Below, one piece after another: positions 22,442 through 33,464 of a stretch of 64,000 nucleotides of DNA. How positions within the stretch are numbered: position 1 is the first letter of the stretch; every line of letters starts with the position of its first letter. Origin of the DNA: Tubiluchus corallicola. Lineage: Eukaryota > Animalia > Priapulida. Made by a program: the position numbers and the translations under genes. Where the stretch lies: assembly GCA_030141605.1 (NCBI GenBank), contig JAQGDQ010002403.1, positions 1 through 64,000 of the forward strand. The letters run 5' to 3'. The notes under the pieces are model-generated. The model saw nothing but the letters and a program-made list of their open reading frames with translations, had not been told where the DNA came from and ran no database searches.

Positions 22442-22800
22442 AAGAAAAGGATGCTGACATAAGAAAACTACTAAAAAAAAGCTTGTTAAAAACTCCATCG
22501 GATGATTTTAGCAAGCAAGTAATGGATAAAATACTTGCAGAAAGCCAAATTCAAAAAAATGTTACTTCAGATATTAAACTATCGTGGCTGTTTATTATTT
22601 TATCATTTTTATTAACTCCATTTATCCCAGATATAATCATCAAAAGCCTACAATATCTCCCCCAAGTAAATAACATAGTGGATAAATACCATAATATTAT
22701 AACCCCTTTTTTGATTTGCCTTATCTGTGCTTTCATTCTATTACAGATAGAACGACTGATAAACTTTAAAAAACATAAAGCCATCACATCCTTTTTTTAA
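22438..22800 (+). CDS. Putative membrane anti-sigma factor
   Basis: ATGA overlap with the sigma gene; PSDDFSKQVMDKI helix followed by two TMs. Confidence 0.7.
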   Translation: MKEKDADIRKLLKKSLLKTPSDDFSKQVMDKILAESQIQKNVTSDIKLSWLFIILSFLLTPFIPDIIIKSLQYLPQVNNIVDKYHNIITPFLICLICAFILLQIERLINFKKHKAITSFF

Positions 22801-22847
22801 ACCTTATTTTTATATTTTTGTAGTATGAAACAATACTATAAAATGAG

Positions 22848-24188
22848 ATGGATATAGCAAGTAAGAACAGTCCTCAACTTTTCATAGAAACTTACGGATG
22901 TCAAATGAATGTGAACGACAGTGAGATAGTAGCTTCACTAATGCAGAAAGAAGGCTATCAACTGACAAAGCAAGTGGAAGATGCTGACCTTATATTCGTA
23001 AATACCTGCTCAGTAAGGGACAATGCAGAACAAAGAGTAAGAGGACGTTTGGGCTATTTCAAACAATTGAAGGGTAAAAAACCTGCACTATTAGTAGGTG
23101 TAATGGGATGTATGGCAGAGCGTTTGAAAGAGAAGCTATTAGAAGAAGAAAAAATAGTAGATATTGTAGTAGGGCCTGATGCTTATCGCGACCTGCCTAA
23201 ACTTGTGAATGAAGCAGAAGCAGGACAAAAGGCAGTAAACGTACTTTTATCACGCGAAGAGACCTATGCTGATGTAAGCCCTGTAAGGTATGCCTCCAAT
23301 GGCGTGTCGGCTTTTGTATCTATCACACGTGGATGCGATAATATGTGTTCGTTTTGTGTAGTACCTTTCACCCGTGGACGTGAACGTAGTCGTAACCCAC
23401 AGTCTATACTGCAAGAAGTAAAAGACCTCATTAGCAGCGGTTACAAAGAAGTAACTCTACTAGGACAAAATGTAGATAAATATAACTGGGAGGATAAAGT
23501 AAAGTTTGCAAATTTACTAGAACAAATAGCACAACTTAGCCCACAATTGCGTGTGCGGTTTTCTACTTCTTATCCGCAGGATATGACTGATGAAGTGCTG
23601 CATACTATGGCTAAATATAATAACATTTGCAAATACATACATCTACCTGCACAAGCAGGGAGTAGCACTATGCTTGAGCGTATGAAGCGTGGCTATACAC
23701 GTGAATGGTATTTGAAACGTATAAAAACAATACATAAAATTGTGCCTGACTGTGCTGTGTCGTCAGATTTTATTGCAGGCTTTTGTGGCGAGACGGAAGA
23801 AGAACATCAACAAACACTTAGTTTGATGGAAGAGGTGAGATTTGATTATTCGTATATGTTTAAATACTCCGAACGCCCCAATACTTATGCACACAGAAGG
23901 TACAAAGATGATGTAGCAGAGAAGATAAAACAACGTAGATTAGAAGAAATCATCAAATTACAAAATCGTTTGTCATTGGAAAGCAACCAAAAAGACATAG
24001 GCAAAATTTTTGAAGTGCTGGTAGAAGGTGTGTCTAAAAAATCAGAAGAGAGCTTGTATGGACGCAACTCGCAAAATAAAGCTATTATATTTCCTAAGGG
24101 AAGCGAAAAGGTGGGCGACTATGTGCAAGTACAAATAACTGACTGCACACAAGCTACCTTGAAGGGAGATATAATACTTGAAAATTAA
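22848..24188 (+). CDS. miaB: tRNA-2-methylthio-N6-dimethylallyladenosine synthase
   Basis: [14 protein letters not shown], radical [12 protein letters not shown]-terminal TRAM domain. Confidence 0.96.
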   Translation: MDIASKNSPQLFIETYGCQMNVNDSEIVASLMQKEGYQLTKQVEDADLIFVNTCSVRDNAEQRVRGRLGYFKQLKGKKPALLVGVMGCMAERLKEKLLEEEKIVDIVVGPDAYRDLPKLVNEAEAGQKAVNVLLSREETYADVSPVRYASNGVSAFVSITRGCDNMCSFCVVPFTRGRERSRNPQSILQEVKDLISSGYKEVTLLGQNVDKYNWEDKVKFANLLEQIAQLSPQLRVRFSTSYPQDMTDEVLHTMAKYNNICKYIHLPAQAGSSTMLERMKRGYTREWYLKRIKTIHKIVPDCAVSSDFIAGFCGETEEEHQQTLSLMEEVRFDYSYMFKYSERPNTYAHRRYKDDVAEKIKQRRLEEIIKLQNRLSLESNQKDIGKIFEVLVEGVSKKSEESLYGRNSQNKAIIFPKGSEKVGDYVQVQITDCTQATLKGDIILEN

Positions 24189-24232
24189 CAACTAAGAGAC
24201 TATTAGACTTTAGTTCTCTGATATTAAACACC

Positions 24233-26023
24233 TTACATTCTTTGTGGCACGTCGATGCCAAGTAGAGACATTGCATTTTTTATGTTTCTGCCAACTTGCT
24301 CGGATAGCTTGAGGCGTATGGCTTGCAGGTCTTCATCAGTTTCCTTCATTATAGGATATTGGTGATAGAAGTGGTTGTAGTCTTTGGCAAGCTCGTAGGT
24401 ATAATTGGCTATCAATGCAGGGCTAAGGTTATCTCCTGCTTCTTTGATGACTTCTTCCATTTCGCTAATACGTTGTATTAGTTGGCACTTTTCAGGAGTT
24501 AAGTCTTTTGCAGTAGACAATACATCAGGTGGGGTTATATGGCCTTGAGCTTTTCGTATGACCGACTGTATGCGAGCATAGGTATATTGTATGAACGAAC
24601 CCGTGTTGCCATTGAAATCGATAGACTCCTTCGGGTTAAAAAGCATTGTTTTTTTAGGGTCTACTTTTAGTATAAAATACTTGAGACTACCCAGTGCTAT
24701 AGTTTCATATATTTTCTGTTTTTCTTTATTTGTATAGCCTTCTAACTTACCTAGTTCTTCAGATATTTGTTGTGCTGTAGCTATCATTTCATCTACAAGG
24801 TCGTCCGCATCTACTACAGTTCCTTCACGCGACTTCATTTTTCCTTCGGGCAGTTCTACCATCCCGTAAGAAAGATGCTCTATCTTATTGTACCATGCAT
24901 AGCCCAGTTTCTTTAATACAAGCGACAACACTTTGAAATGATATTCTTGCTCATTGCCTACTACATATATATGCTTATCTATGTTGAACTCTTCAAACCG
25001 CATCAGTGCAGTTCCCACGTCTTGTGTCATATATACGGACGTACCATCAGAACGAAGCAATAACTTTTCATCCAAACCACTGTCAGTAAGATCAGCCCAA
25101 ATAGAGTTGTCTTTTTTCTGAAACAACACTTCTTTTTTTAAGCCCTTCATTACTACGTCCTTGCCGTACTTGTAGGTTTCAGACTCGAAATATACTTTAT
25201 CAAAATCTACTCCCAATTTTTTATATGATAAATCAAAGCCATCCAAAACCCAACTATTCATCATCTTCCATAGTTTTAAGGTGTCAGGGTCTCCTGCTTC
25301 CCACTGGCGCAACATTTGCTGTGCTTCTCTCAGTATAGGTGCTTCTTTTTCGGCTTGTTCTTTGGATGTACCCTGTGCTATGAGCTTGGCGACCTCTTTC
25401 TTATATTCCTGATCGAAACGAACATAATATTTTCCTACAAGATGATCGCCCTTAACACCTGTACTTTGAGGAGTTTCACCATTACCATAGCGTTGCCACG
25501 CCAGCATAGACTTACATATATGTATGCCCCTGTCATTTACCAAATTAACTTTGATAACCTTATTGCTATTGGCTCTAAGTATTTGTGCAATAGAATAACC
25601 AAGTATATTGTTGCGAATATGTCCAAGATGTAAAGGCTTATTGGTATTGGGGGAAGAATATTCTATCATCATTCTTTGTGGTGTAGGATTATCTATTTTA
25701 AGCCCAAAATCACTGTTCTCAATGATTTTATTGAGGGTTTCTATCCAAAATACAGAGGTGAAAGTAAGATTGAGAAAACCTTTTACAGTATTGTGGTTGG
25801 CTATAATGTGAGTATCTTTTTTCAGTTGCGCAACTATATCGTTTGCAGTGTCTTCAGGAGACTTGCGGGAGAGTTTAAGCAGCGGAAATACTACAAGTGT
25901 AAGGTCGCCTGTGAATTCTTTACGTGTTTTTTGTATCTGTACTTGCTCAAAACTGGGTGTTTTATCATATATTGTTTCTATCGTTTTTACAACGATATCC
26001 AATAAATATCTTTTAATGTTCAT
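24233..26023 (-). CDS. argS: Arginine--tRNA ligase
   Basis: EYSSPNTNKPLHLGH, KMKSREG, YIQY-like FIQYTYARI, DVPQRM. Confidence 0.97.
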   Translation of the reverse strand: MNIKRYLLDIVVKTIETIYDKTPSFEQVQIQKTRKEFTGDLTLVVFPLLKLSRKSPEDTANDIVAQLKKDTHIIANHNTVKGFLNLTFTSVFWIETLNKIIENSDFGLKIDNPTPQRMMIEYSSPNTNKPLHLGHIRNNILGYSIAQILRANSNKVIKVNLVNDRGIHICKSMLAWQRYGNGETPQSTGVKGDHLVGKYYVRFDQEYKKEVAKLIAQGTSKEQAEKEAPILREAQQMLRQWEAGDPDTLKLWKMMNSWVLDGFDLSYKKLGVDFDKVYFESETYKYGKDVVMKGLKKEVLFQKKDNSIWADLTDSGLDEKLLLRSDGTSVYMTQDVGTALMRFEEFNIDKHIYVVGNEQEYHFKVLSLVLKKLGYAWYNKIEHLSYGMVELPEGKMKSREGTVVDADDLVDEMIATAQQISEELGKLEGYTNKEKQKIYETIALGSLKYFILKVDPKKTMLFNPKESIDFNGNTGSFIQYTYARIQSVIRKAQGHITPPDVLSTAKDLTPEKCQLIQRISEMEEVIKEAGDNLSPALIANYTYELAKDYNHFYHQYPIMKETDEDLQAIRLKLSEQVGRNIKNAMSLLGIDVPQRM

Positions 26024-26212
26024 AATCTTGTGTATTTAAGGAGGGCAAATTTAATAAAAATGAAGGTAATTATATTTTTATAATAAGTATTTGCTAAGAT
26101 TTGTTATAAAGGAATTATCACAAAATGTATAATATTTAGTGAAAACACAACGTTATACACTATAAGAATTTCTTTCAATTTCTTTTAAATAAAAGAAAAT
26201 AGAATTTATTAA

Positions 26213-26234
26213 AATGTAAAGTTAATGTAAAGTT
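26213..26234. repeat. Perfect 11-bp tandem repeat (AATGTAAAGTT x2), possible regulator site
   Basis: Seen directly in the argS/LytTR divergent spacer. Confidence 0.55.
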
Positions 26235-26406
26235 TGACGAATATTTTCAACCCTATAAAACTTGTTAATCTCTGAAAATCAGCAATTACAAGAATTTCAT
26301 AAAAAAAATAATTCATTTTGTTGAAAACTTTTTTTGCACAGATTACATTTTTAATATTTATTTGACTGTTGAAACCAGTTTTTATTAACCTAAAAAAATT
26401 AAATCA

Positions 26407-27108
26407 ATGAAATGTATAATCATCGATGATGATAAACTCGTTATTAAGGTACTTGAGGAGTTCATCAAAAAAACGGAATCTTTAGAGTTAGTAGCTTCTT
26501 TTACTAACCCTATTACTGCAGTTAATTTTATAGAAACAAGAAAGGATATAAACTGTATCTTTTTAGACATAGAAATGCCTGAAATGAGCGGTTTAGAAAT
26601 TCTAGAAACTTACAAAAAACTACCTAACATTATTATTATATCCTCTAAGGGAGGATATGCCTTTGATGTGTTTGACTATAAAGTTGCAGATTATCTTCTA
26701 AAACCTATTACATATAGCAAGTTTTTAAAAGCAGTAAATAAGACTTGGGATGTAGAGACAAAAAATGAACTGGGAAAAGAAAATGATGAAATTTACATCA
26801 AAGTAAGCGGTTCATTAGTAAAGTTAAAATACGAAGATATTTATTTTGTAGAAGCTTTAGAAAATTATGTAGTTGTCAATACTTATGATATAAAATATAC
26901 TATACACTTCACGATGAAATCAATTGAGAAAAAAGTGGAGTCTAATAAACTAACAAGAATACATAGGTCTTATATAGTTAATACTAGTAGGATAGATTAT
27001 ATAGAGGACAATTCTGTAGTATTAAAAATGCAAAGAGGAACGAAAATAATACCTATTGGAAAATCTTATAAAGAAAATTTTATCAACAACATCAACGTAA
27101 TTAGCTAA
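26407..27108 (+). CDS. LytTR-family two-component response regulator
   Basis: IIDDD, FLDIEMPEMSG, DYLLKP, RIHRSYIVN, IPIGKSYK. Confidence 0.93.
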   Translation: MKCIIIDDDKLVIKVLEEFIKKTESLELVASFTNPITAVNFIETRKDINCIFLDIEMPEMSGLEILETYKKLPNIIIISSKGGYAFDVFDYKVADYLLKPITYSKFLKAVNKTWDVETKNELGKENDEIYIKVSGSLVKLKYEDIYFVEALENYVVVNTYDIKYTIHFTMKSIEKKVESNKLTRIHRSYIVNTSRIDYIEDNSVVLKMQRGTKIIPIGKSYKENFINNINVIS

Positions 27109-27132
27109 ATATATTAATTTTAAACATAAAAA

Positions 27133-27170
27133 TAAAAAAGGTTGGGAAGTAATTTTCTCAGCCTTTTTTA
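27133..27170 (+). terminator. Intrinsic terminator after the LytTR gene
   Basis: AAAAAAGGTTGGGAA...TTCTCAGCCTTTTTT. Confidence 0.7.
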
Positions 27171-27228
27171 TCTTTGTATCTAAGATTGATACAGAATAAG
27201 TTTCTTAAAACATATAATTAGATACACT

Positions 27229-28059
27229 GTGTATAAATTATTCATACCGCTTATCACATTTATTTTCAAATTTTCTTTACTGTCTGCACAAAACTTTCCT
27301 GCCTTAGAAGACAGCCTCTCACAATACTTTAATCTACTTACTACACCATCAGACGATGATAGTACAAAAGAACAAATCAATGAAAAAATAATAACGCTAT
27401 TTAAAGAAGTATTATCTAATAAAGAGTCATTTTCATATCCATTCGAAAAACTTGAAAAAACAGGCAAACTTATGTCCCCTGACCAAAAGATAAGACTTAT
27501 CAACTGGATTGTTCCTTTACAATATAACACTTATAAATACTGTGGTTTCATCCAAATAAACGATGAAAAAACAGCACGATACAGCTTTCACGAGCTACAA
27601 GACAAATCGAAGTCTATAACAAATTTAGAGCAGGCTCAACTTAACCCTAACAATTGGTACGGTGCACTATACTTCAAAATTATAGAAACACATCACAGAA
27701 GAAATACTTATTATACTCTATTTGGATGGAACGGTAATAAAAGAAATATCAACCAGAAAATTATAGAAATATTCTCCTTGTCAGAAGATAATATCCCCAT
27801 TTTTGGTGCTTCTCTCTTTAACCTCAACACACACACACAACGTCGTATTATTTTTCAATATTCAAAAAATGTTGTGATGCAAATTAATTATAATGATAAA
27901 TATAGAACCATTGTATTTGACCACCTATCTCCTCCCGAACCAAAACTCACTGGTAAATATGAATACTATGGACCGGATTTCTCGTATGATATGTTTTATT
28001 TTAAGAAAGGAATTTGGCACTTGAAAGAAAACATAGATGAATTAAAGCCAAAGCCTTAA
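27229..28059 (+). CDS. Exported hypothetical protein
   Basis: Signal-like N-terminus; WYGALYF, VFDHLSP, YYGPDFSYD look like conserved motifs; start uncertain. Confidence 0.75.
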   Translation: MYKLFIPLITFIFKFSLLSAQNFPALEDSLSQYFNLLTTPSDDDSTKEQINEKIITLFKEVLSNKESFSYPFEKLEKTGKLMSPDQKIRLINWIVPLQYNTYKYCGFIQINDEKTARYSFHELQDKSKSITNLEQAQLNPNNWYGALYFKIIETHHRRNTYYTLFGWNGNKRNINQKIIEIFSLSEDNIPIFGASLFNLNTHTQRRIIFQYSKNVVMQINYNDKYRTIVFDHLSPPEPKLTGKYEYYGPDFSYDMFYFKKGIWHLKENIDELKPKP

Positions 28060-28179
28060 ATCTTGTTGAAAATTATATTATAGTTTTCTCCTCTGTCTTC
28101 AAAAAAAAACTAATAAATAAAAATATAATACTTTTAAAAAATATTACCTTTGTATAATATTTTAAATTATTTCAAACTT

Positions 28180-28884
28180 ATGTTTAAAATAAAAACATTT
28201 ACTGTAATACTAACACTTTGTGTCGTATCTACAAATGTGTTCTCAAAAAAAAAGAAAAAAGAAAAAAAAGAACAGCCTAAGTTTGTTTTTGAGAATAATA
28301 GAGATACTATAAGTTACGTACTAGGTCAGCTAACAGCTTCTAGTTTTTATAATGAACTTGACTTTGATGTTAATATAGACCTATTTTCAAAAGCAATGCA
28401 AGATGTAAAAAACGACAGTATAATTTTCAATGAAAAACAAATACAAAAAATATTACAATTATTCCAAGAACAAAGAAACAAACAAAGAATGGAAGCACAA
28501 AAAAGAAAAATAGAAGAAAACACAAAATTTCTCACAGAGAATAAAACCAAAGAAGGGGTAATAAGCACGGAAAGTGGGTTGCAATACAAATCAATAACCA
28601 CAGGAGCAGGAAAGAAACCTCAAACAACGGATAGGGTAAAGTGCAATTATATAGGAAAACTTTTAGATGGAACTGTATTCGACCAATCATCAAACCCTAT
28701 AGAATTCCCTGTAAATGGAGTTATACAAGGATGGCAAGAAGCACTGCAATTGATGAACGTAGGCTCTAAATGGGAATTGTATATTCCCCCAGAGCTAGCC
28801 TATGGAGAACAAGGAGCAGGGAGCATAATACCTCCTAATGCGATTCTCATCTTTGAAATAGAATTAGTTGAAATTGTACAATAA
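28180..28884 (+). CDS. FKBP-type peptidyl-prolyl isomerase (FkpA/Mip-like)
   Basis: [26 protein letters not shown]; the track TTG start at 28150 overlaps the TACCTTTG promoter box, so ATG 28180 is preferred. Confidence 0.93.
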   Translation: MFKIKTFTVILTLCVVSTNVFSKKKKKEKKEQPKFVFENNRDTISYVLGQLTASSFYNELDFDVNIDLFSKAMQDVKNDSIIFNEKQIQKILQLFQEQRNKQRMEAQKRKIEENTKFLTENKTKEGVISTESGLQYKSITTGAGKKPQTTDRVKCNYIGKLLDGTVFDQSSNPIEFPVNGVIQGWQEALQLMNVGSKWELYIPPELAYGEQGAGSIIPPNAILIFEIELVEIVQ

Positions 28885-28928
28885 AAAACATTACACATTA
28901 AATATTTAATAATAAAAATTTTAAAATT

Positions 28929-29630
28929 ATGAACTATATCAAACCATTTATCGCAATACTAGTCATAGGTATAATTATCGTTACTTCCTGTTCAGAAGGG
29001 GGAAACATTACAACAAACACAAAACTGAAAAATAATACTGACACTATCAGCTACATACTAGGTAATATGACAGGTGCCAACTTCAAGGAAATAGACTTTT
29101 CTCCAAATTTAAAAGCCTTTGCACAAGGAATACAAGACGCTAAAAATGATACTTCAAAATTTCAAAACCAAGAAATGGGACAAATCCTACAAAAATTCCA
29201 ATTAGAAATAGAACAGAACAGAATGATAAAGGAACAAGAAATAGCTCAAAAAAATAAAGAAAAAGAAGAGGTTTTTCTCGCAGAGAATAAAGAAAAAGAA
29301 GGAATAACAACTACCGAAAGTGGTTTGCAATACAAAATAATAACAGAAGGAACAGGCAACAAACCTAAAGAAACTGACAAAGTAAAATGCAATTACACAG
29401 GAAAACTTCTGGATGGAACAATATTTGATAGCTCTACAAGTCCCATAGAATTTCCCGTAAATGGAGTTATCCAAGGATGGCAAGAAGCACTGCAATTGAT
29501 GCCTACAGGTTCTAAATGGGAGCTATTTATTCCAGCAAGCCTTGCCTATGGAGCAAGAGGAGCAGGAGACAGAATAGAGCCTAATTCTACATTACACTTC
29601 GAAATAGAACTATTAGAAATAGTAAAATAA
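28929..29630 (+). CDS. FKBP-type peptidyl-prolyl isomerase, lipoprotein
   Basis: Lipobox-like IVTSC; [18 protein letters not shown]. Confidence 0.93.
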   Translation: MNYIKPFIAILVIGIIIVTSCSEGGNITTNTKLKNNTDTISYILGNMTGANFKEIDFSPNLKAFAQGIQDAKNDTSKFQNQEMGQILQKFQLEIEQNRMIKEQEIAQKNKEKEEVFLAENKEKEGITTTESGLQYKIITEGTGNKPKETDKVKCNYTGKLLDGTIFDSSTSPIEFPVNGVIQGWQEALQLMPTGSKWELFIPASLAYGARGAGDRIEPNSTLHFEIELLEIVK

Positions 29631-29665
29631 TTTAATATCTATTTCTATCTCATAATTTTAATAAT

Positions 29666-29708
29666 ACAACAATTGTAGGAAACAATCTATGTTTCTTATA
29701 ATTGTTGT
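29666..29708 (+). terminator. Long hairpin after the FKBP pair
   Basis: ACAACAATTGTAGGAAACA-ATCTA-TGTTTCTTATAATTGTTGT. Confidence 0.6.
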
Positions 29709-29817
29709 GCCTCTATCGCTTATCTTATTACAAAAGAAAAAGTTACTCAATTTACCATAGAAAACGAATAATAAATTTCTTTTTTTATACTTTTGAACTT
29801 ATTTTAAACTACTTGTA

Positions 29818-30888
29818 ATGAAAAACAACTATTGTGTAATAATGGCAGGAGGAGTAGGTTCACGTTTCTGGCCTCTCAGCAGAACAAGTAAACCTAAACA
29901 ATTTATAGACATACTTGGAACAGGTAGAACTTTTCTTCAACAAACATTTGATAGGTTTAGAAACATTTGTCCAACACAAAACATATATATAGCCACTAGT
30001 GAAAATTATAAACAACTAGTGTTGGAACAACTACCTGAAATCAATGAACCCCAAGTACTATGTGAACCTGAAAGAAAGAACACAGCTCCCTGTGTAGCTT
30101 ATGCTAACTTCAAGATAAAACAAATAAACCCCAATGCCATAATAGTAGTAGCCCCCTCCGACCATCTCATTACAAAAGAAGAAGAATTTACCAAAACCAT
30201 TAAAGAAAGTATGCTATTTGCTTGTGAAAACGATTGTCTACTCACACTTGGCATAAAACCTTATAGACCTGATACAGGCTACGGATATATACAAATCAAC
30301 ACCAATAAGCCCACGCAAAACAAAAATATTAACAAAGTAAAAGCATTTACCGAAAAACCTAACTTAGAAACAGCAAAAATTCTATATAAAAGCCAAGAGT
30401 ATTTCTGGAATTCAGGCATATTTATCTGGTCATTAAAAAACATAGAAAAAGCTATGCAAAAATATCTGCCAGAGATAAACGCCCTTTTCAACACCAGCTA
30501 TGACAACGAAAAAAATCATATAAAGAATGCTTTCTCCCAAAGCCCCAACATCTCTATAGATTACGGCATAATGGAGAAAGTCAGCAACGTTTACGTTTAT
30601 ACAGCAAACTTTGGATGGTCAGATCTTGGAACATGGGGTGCATTATACGAACACAGCCTATTAGATGCTAATAAAAACGCAATAACAGGAAAAAACATAA
30701 TGCTCTACGACACTCAAAACTGTATCGTCAAATTTCCAGATGATAAACTTGTAGTATTACAAGGGCTTGACAATTACATAATAACAGAGTCAGACAATAT
30801 GCTTCTGATTTCAAAGAAAGAAGAAGAACAAAAAATTAGACAAATTGTAGAAGACATAAAAAACAAAAAAGGAAGCCAATACACATAA
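29818..30888 (+). CDS. manC: Mannose-1-phosphate guanylyltransferase
   Basis: MAGGVGSRFWPLSR, PKQF, FTEKP, WNSGIF, SIDYGIME, WSDLGTW. Confidence 0.92.
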   Translation: MKNNYCVIMAGGVGSRFWPLSRTSKPKQFIDILGTGRTFLQQTFDRFRNICPTQNIYIATSENYKQLVLEQLPEINEPQVLCEPERKNTAPCVAYANFKIKQINPNAIIVVAPSDHLITKEEEFTKTIKESMLFACENDCLLTLGIKPYRPDTGYGYIQINTNKPTQNKNINKVKAFTEKPNLETAKILYKSQEYFWNSGIFIWSLKNIEKAMQKYLPEINALFNTSYDNEKNHIKNAFSQSPNISIDYGIMEKVSNVYVYTANFGWSDLGTWGALYEHSLLDANKNAITGKNIMLYDTQNCIVKFPDDKLVVLQGLDNYIITESDNMLLISKKEEEQKIRQIVEDIKNKKGSQYT

Positions 30889-30918
30889 AAAAAGGAGCTT
30901 TTAAAAAAGCTCCTTTTT
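30889..30918. terminator. Bidirectional terminator between manC and gldN
   Basis: AAAAAGGAGCTTTT-AA-AAAAGCTCCTTTTT between convergent genes. Confidence 0.85.
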
Positions 30919-30944
30919 CATATATATAAAAGTCAATACACTTC

Positions 30945-31847
30945 TTAATATTCCCATAAATCTTGTTCAAAATCAAGAATCTCATTCTTAATTCTTTCCG
31001 CCTCTACAATTGCATCAATACCCAACTTATAACTTTGGATATATCTATCAAACCTATTAGATTCCTTAATAATATAGCTATTAAAATATCTCTTCATAAA
31101 CAAATCATCATAAGAAAATCGTTGAGCATCGTTTCTATCGTCAAAAATCTCATTCCTCGCTAACAGTGGTCTTGCCTCAGGAAAATATATCCAAAACAGT
31201 CTCCTCTTTTGAGGAGCTTCCTGGTCTATGTCTTCATCCCTAAAATACTCACGCACAGGGCACATTCCAATAATTCTTACCCCAAACGAAGAGCTTTTCT
31301 TATCAAAATACCACTGCTCCTTCAAGAGATACTCCTTCACCTCTTCAGGAGCAACTTCTGCCTGAGATACCACTTCTCTTATTTCGCCCGTTTCCACATC
31401 TCTCACCTGTTGAACTTCCGCCACAGCTCCAAAAGACTTATAAATTTCTTTCAAAGAAATAGGTGTATTAAAATCACCATTAATATCATTATCAGCCTCA
31501 TAAGCTGTGATTTCTCCTTCATCAACACCTTCTAATAACAAATTAATTAAATTTGATCTCCCTTGTGTTTTCTCAAAAGGATAATAAAAAATATGATTAG
31601 CTCGCTCCCTTACATCTATACGCCTCCATATTGTTTTAGACCATAATATATCAGCCTCCCTAAGTTCAGGATATGGCATAGGTTTTTTAGCTTTAATATG
31701 CTCCTTCACATAAACATTACCCATTAAATCAGCAGAATCATTTGTCGCTCTATTATCAAAAGGAGCATTTACAATATCTTGTTGTTGCGAGACTACCCCT
31801 ACATTATATAAGCACACAATACTTAAAATCAATATAACTTTTTTCAT
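30945..31847 (-). CDS. gldN: T9SS/gliding protein GldN/PorN
   Basis: LREADILWSKTIWRRID, WYFDK, FEQDLWEY; operon position. Confidence 0.92.
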   Translation of the reverse strand: MKKVILILSIVCLYNVGVVSQQQDIVNAPFDNRATNDSADLMGNVYVKEHIKAKKPMPYPELREADILWSKTIWRRIDVRERANHIFYYPFEKTQGRSNLINLLLEGVDEGEITAYEADNDINGDFNTPISLKEIYKSFGAVAEVQQVRDVETGEIREVVSQAEVAPEEVKEYLLKEQWYFDKKSSSFGVRIIGMCPVREYFRDEDIDQEAPQKRRLFWIYFPEARPLLARNEIFDDRNDAQRFSYDDLFMKRYFNSYIIKESNRFDRYIQSYKLGIDAIVEAERIKNEILDFEQDLWEY

Positions 31848-31865
31848 CTGTAATCTTTTAAACTA

Positions 31866-33416
31866 TTAAATTACTTTAAAAACAATGGGCAAAAGCTCCC
31901 TAGCTTTTCCGTCAGGCCCTATTGCTTTTATATTTTCTATATACACTTTTTGATTTCTTCTCAGCTTTCTCATCATATTCTTTTGATCGTTAGTAAAACG
32001 ACTACTATTAGATTCTTGCTCATTCACATAGCCCGCATTATCAGTCATAGAAACACTAAACTGAGTAACTCTAAATTTCAAATCAAAATCAAAATTCTCT
32101 AAATCAGCAAGCACACCCGACTGAGCAATTAGCTCATTTTTTCTAATGTTCCCTCCTTTCTTACCCGCCACCTTAGCAATAGGATCAGGTACCTCCTTAA
32201 CTCTAAAATCAACACTTCCCATACTTTTGTATTTTCCATCGAACTCTGCCTGCACACTAACAATAGCTTTTTTCCCAGGAGCTTTTGGTTTAACTATAAA
32301 ATTATTACCTCTACGCTGAATATTTCCGTTAGAAATTGTAGCCTTAATTTTATTAGAAGGCACACCGGGAACTGATATACTTACAGGATTATCAACCCCC
32401 ACATAAAACACATTCATCTTAGTAGGAGCCACTACTAAATTAGGTTGAGCAACCGTATAACTCCTGTTAAAAACAAAATTTAAAGGACTGCCATCAGGAG
32501 CTTGATACCTTATTATGCCACTCCACTTTTTCTCTCCAACACTATTAGCATCCACTCTATACATAGCTCTTCCATCCTCTATTCCTAATGGTTTAGTACT
32601 CTCACCTACAAACACCTCAGGGTATTTAGTAGTATCCACTGCCGCCAAAAACACTTGAGCTTCATAAGTTCCTCCTTTCAACACATAATCAGATTTGGGA
32701 ATTACAGTAGCAAATAACTTGTTGAATTTAAAAGATGAAGCATGAATTTGATCAAACAAATACGATACCACATCAGCCTCTACATTTCTTATGTCACTTT
32801 GTTTCTTAGAAAGAATAGTTAAAACACCAATAAGAGGATAATGTTCAAAATTGTGAGCCTCCCAACTTAACTGCACTCCATCTTTCATTGGAGGAGGTGC
32901 GGTGCTTAAATTAGAGCGTATAGTCGCAATTAAAGCTGTGTCCTTCTCTCCTATTATTTCTATTACTTTCTCTCTATATTCATCTATCTTTTCTTTTAAT
33001 ACTTCCCCTTGCTTTCCATTAAGCATTATGTTAGCAGGAACAGTGGTGTTATCCTTCTTCTCAATATTTTGAAAAGTAGTATCTGCCTCCTTTCCATCAG
33101 TCTCCTTTAACAGATTAATTTTCAATTGATGTATATAAGCATATAGCTCATCCGAAGCTACTTTAACTACATCTGCCTTTTTCTTCCATACACCTACTTT
33201 CTCTGGATTACCTGCTTCCTGCTCTGCAAAAGCACTGTAAACACTCTTGTTCTTGGCATTAAAGTTTTCTATTGTACTATCAAAACCTTTCAACACTAAA
33301 TCAAAGACATCCAAAATATCCTTAGACACATTCAAAGCCAACATAGCAAGCAACACTAGGTATAACATACCTATCATTTTTTGTCTTGGCGTTTCCGGAC
33401 AATTAGCAACACCCAT
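31866..33416 (-). CDS. gldM: T9SS motor protein GldM/PorM
   Basis: TPRQKMIGMLYLVLLAMLALNVS, KMNVFYVGVDNP. Confidence 0.95.
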   Translation of the reverse strand: MGVANCPETPRQKMIGMLYLVLLAMLALNVSKDILDVFDLVLKGFDSTIENFNAKNKSVYSAFAEQEAGNPEKVGVWKKKADVVKVASDELYAYIHQLKINLLKETDGKEADTTFQNIEKKDNTTVPANIMLNGKQGEVLKEKIDEYREKVIEIIGEKDTALIATIRSNLSTAPPPMKDGVQLSWEAHNFEHYPLIGVLTILSKKQSDIRNVEADVVSYLFDQIHASSFKFNKLFATVIPKSDYVLKGGTYEAQVFLAAVDTTKYPEVFVGESTKPLGIEDGRAMYRVDANSVGEKKWSGIIRYQAPDGSPLNFVFNRSYTVAQPNLVVAPTKMNVFYVGVDNPVSISVPGVPSNKIKATISNGNIQRRGNNFIVKPKAPGKKAIVSVQAEFDGKYKSMGSVDFRVKEVPDPIAKVAGKKGGNIRKNELIAQSGVLADLENFDFDLKFRVTQFSVSMTDNAGYVNEQESNSSRFTNDQKNMMRKLRRNQKVYIENIKAIGPDGKARELLPIVFKVI

Positions 33417-33464
33417 AGTATATTACATTAATTTTTATCATAAAAAAGTTCTTTTTCTTCTCTC

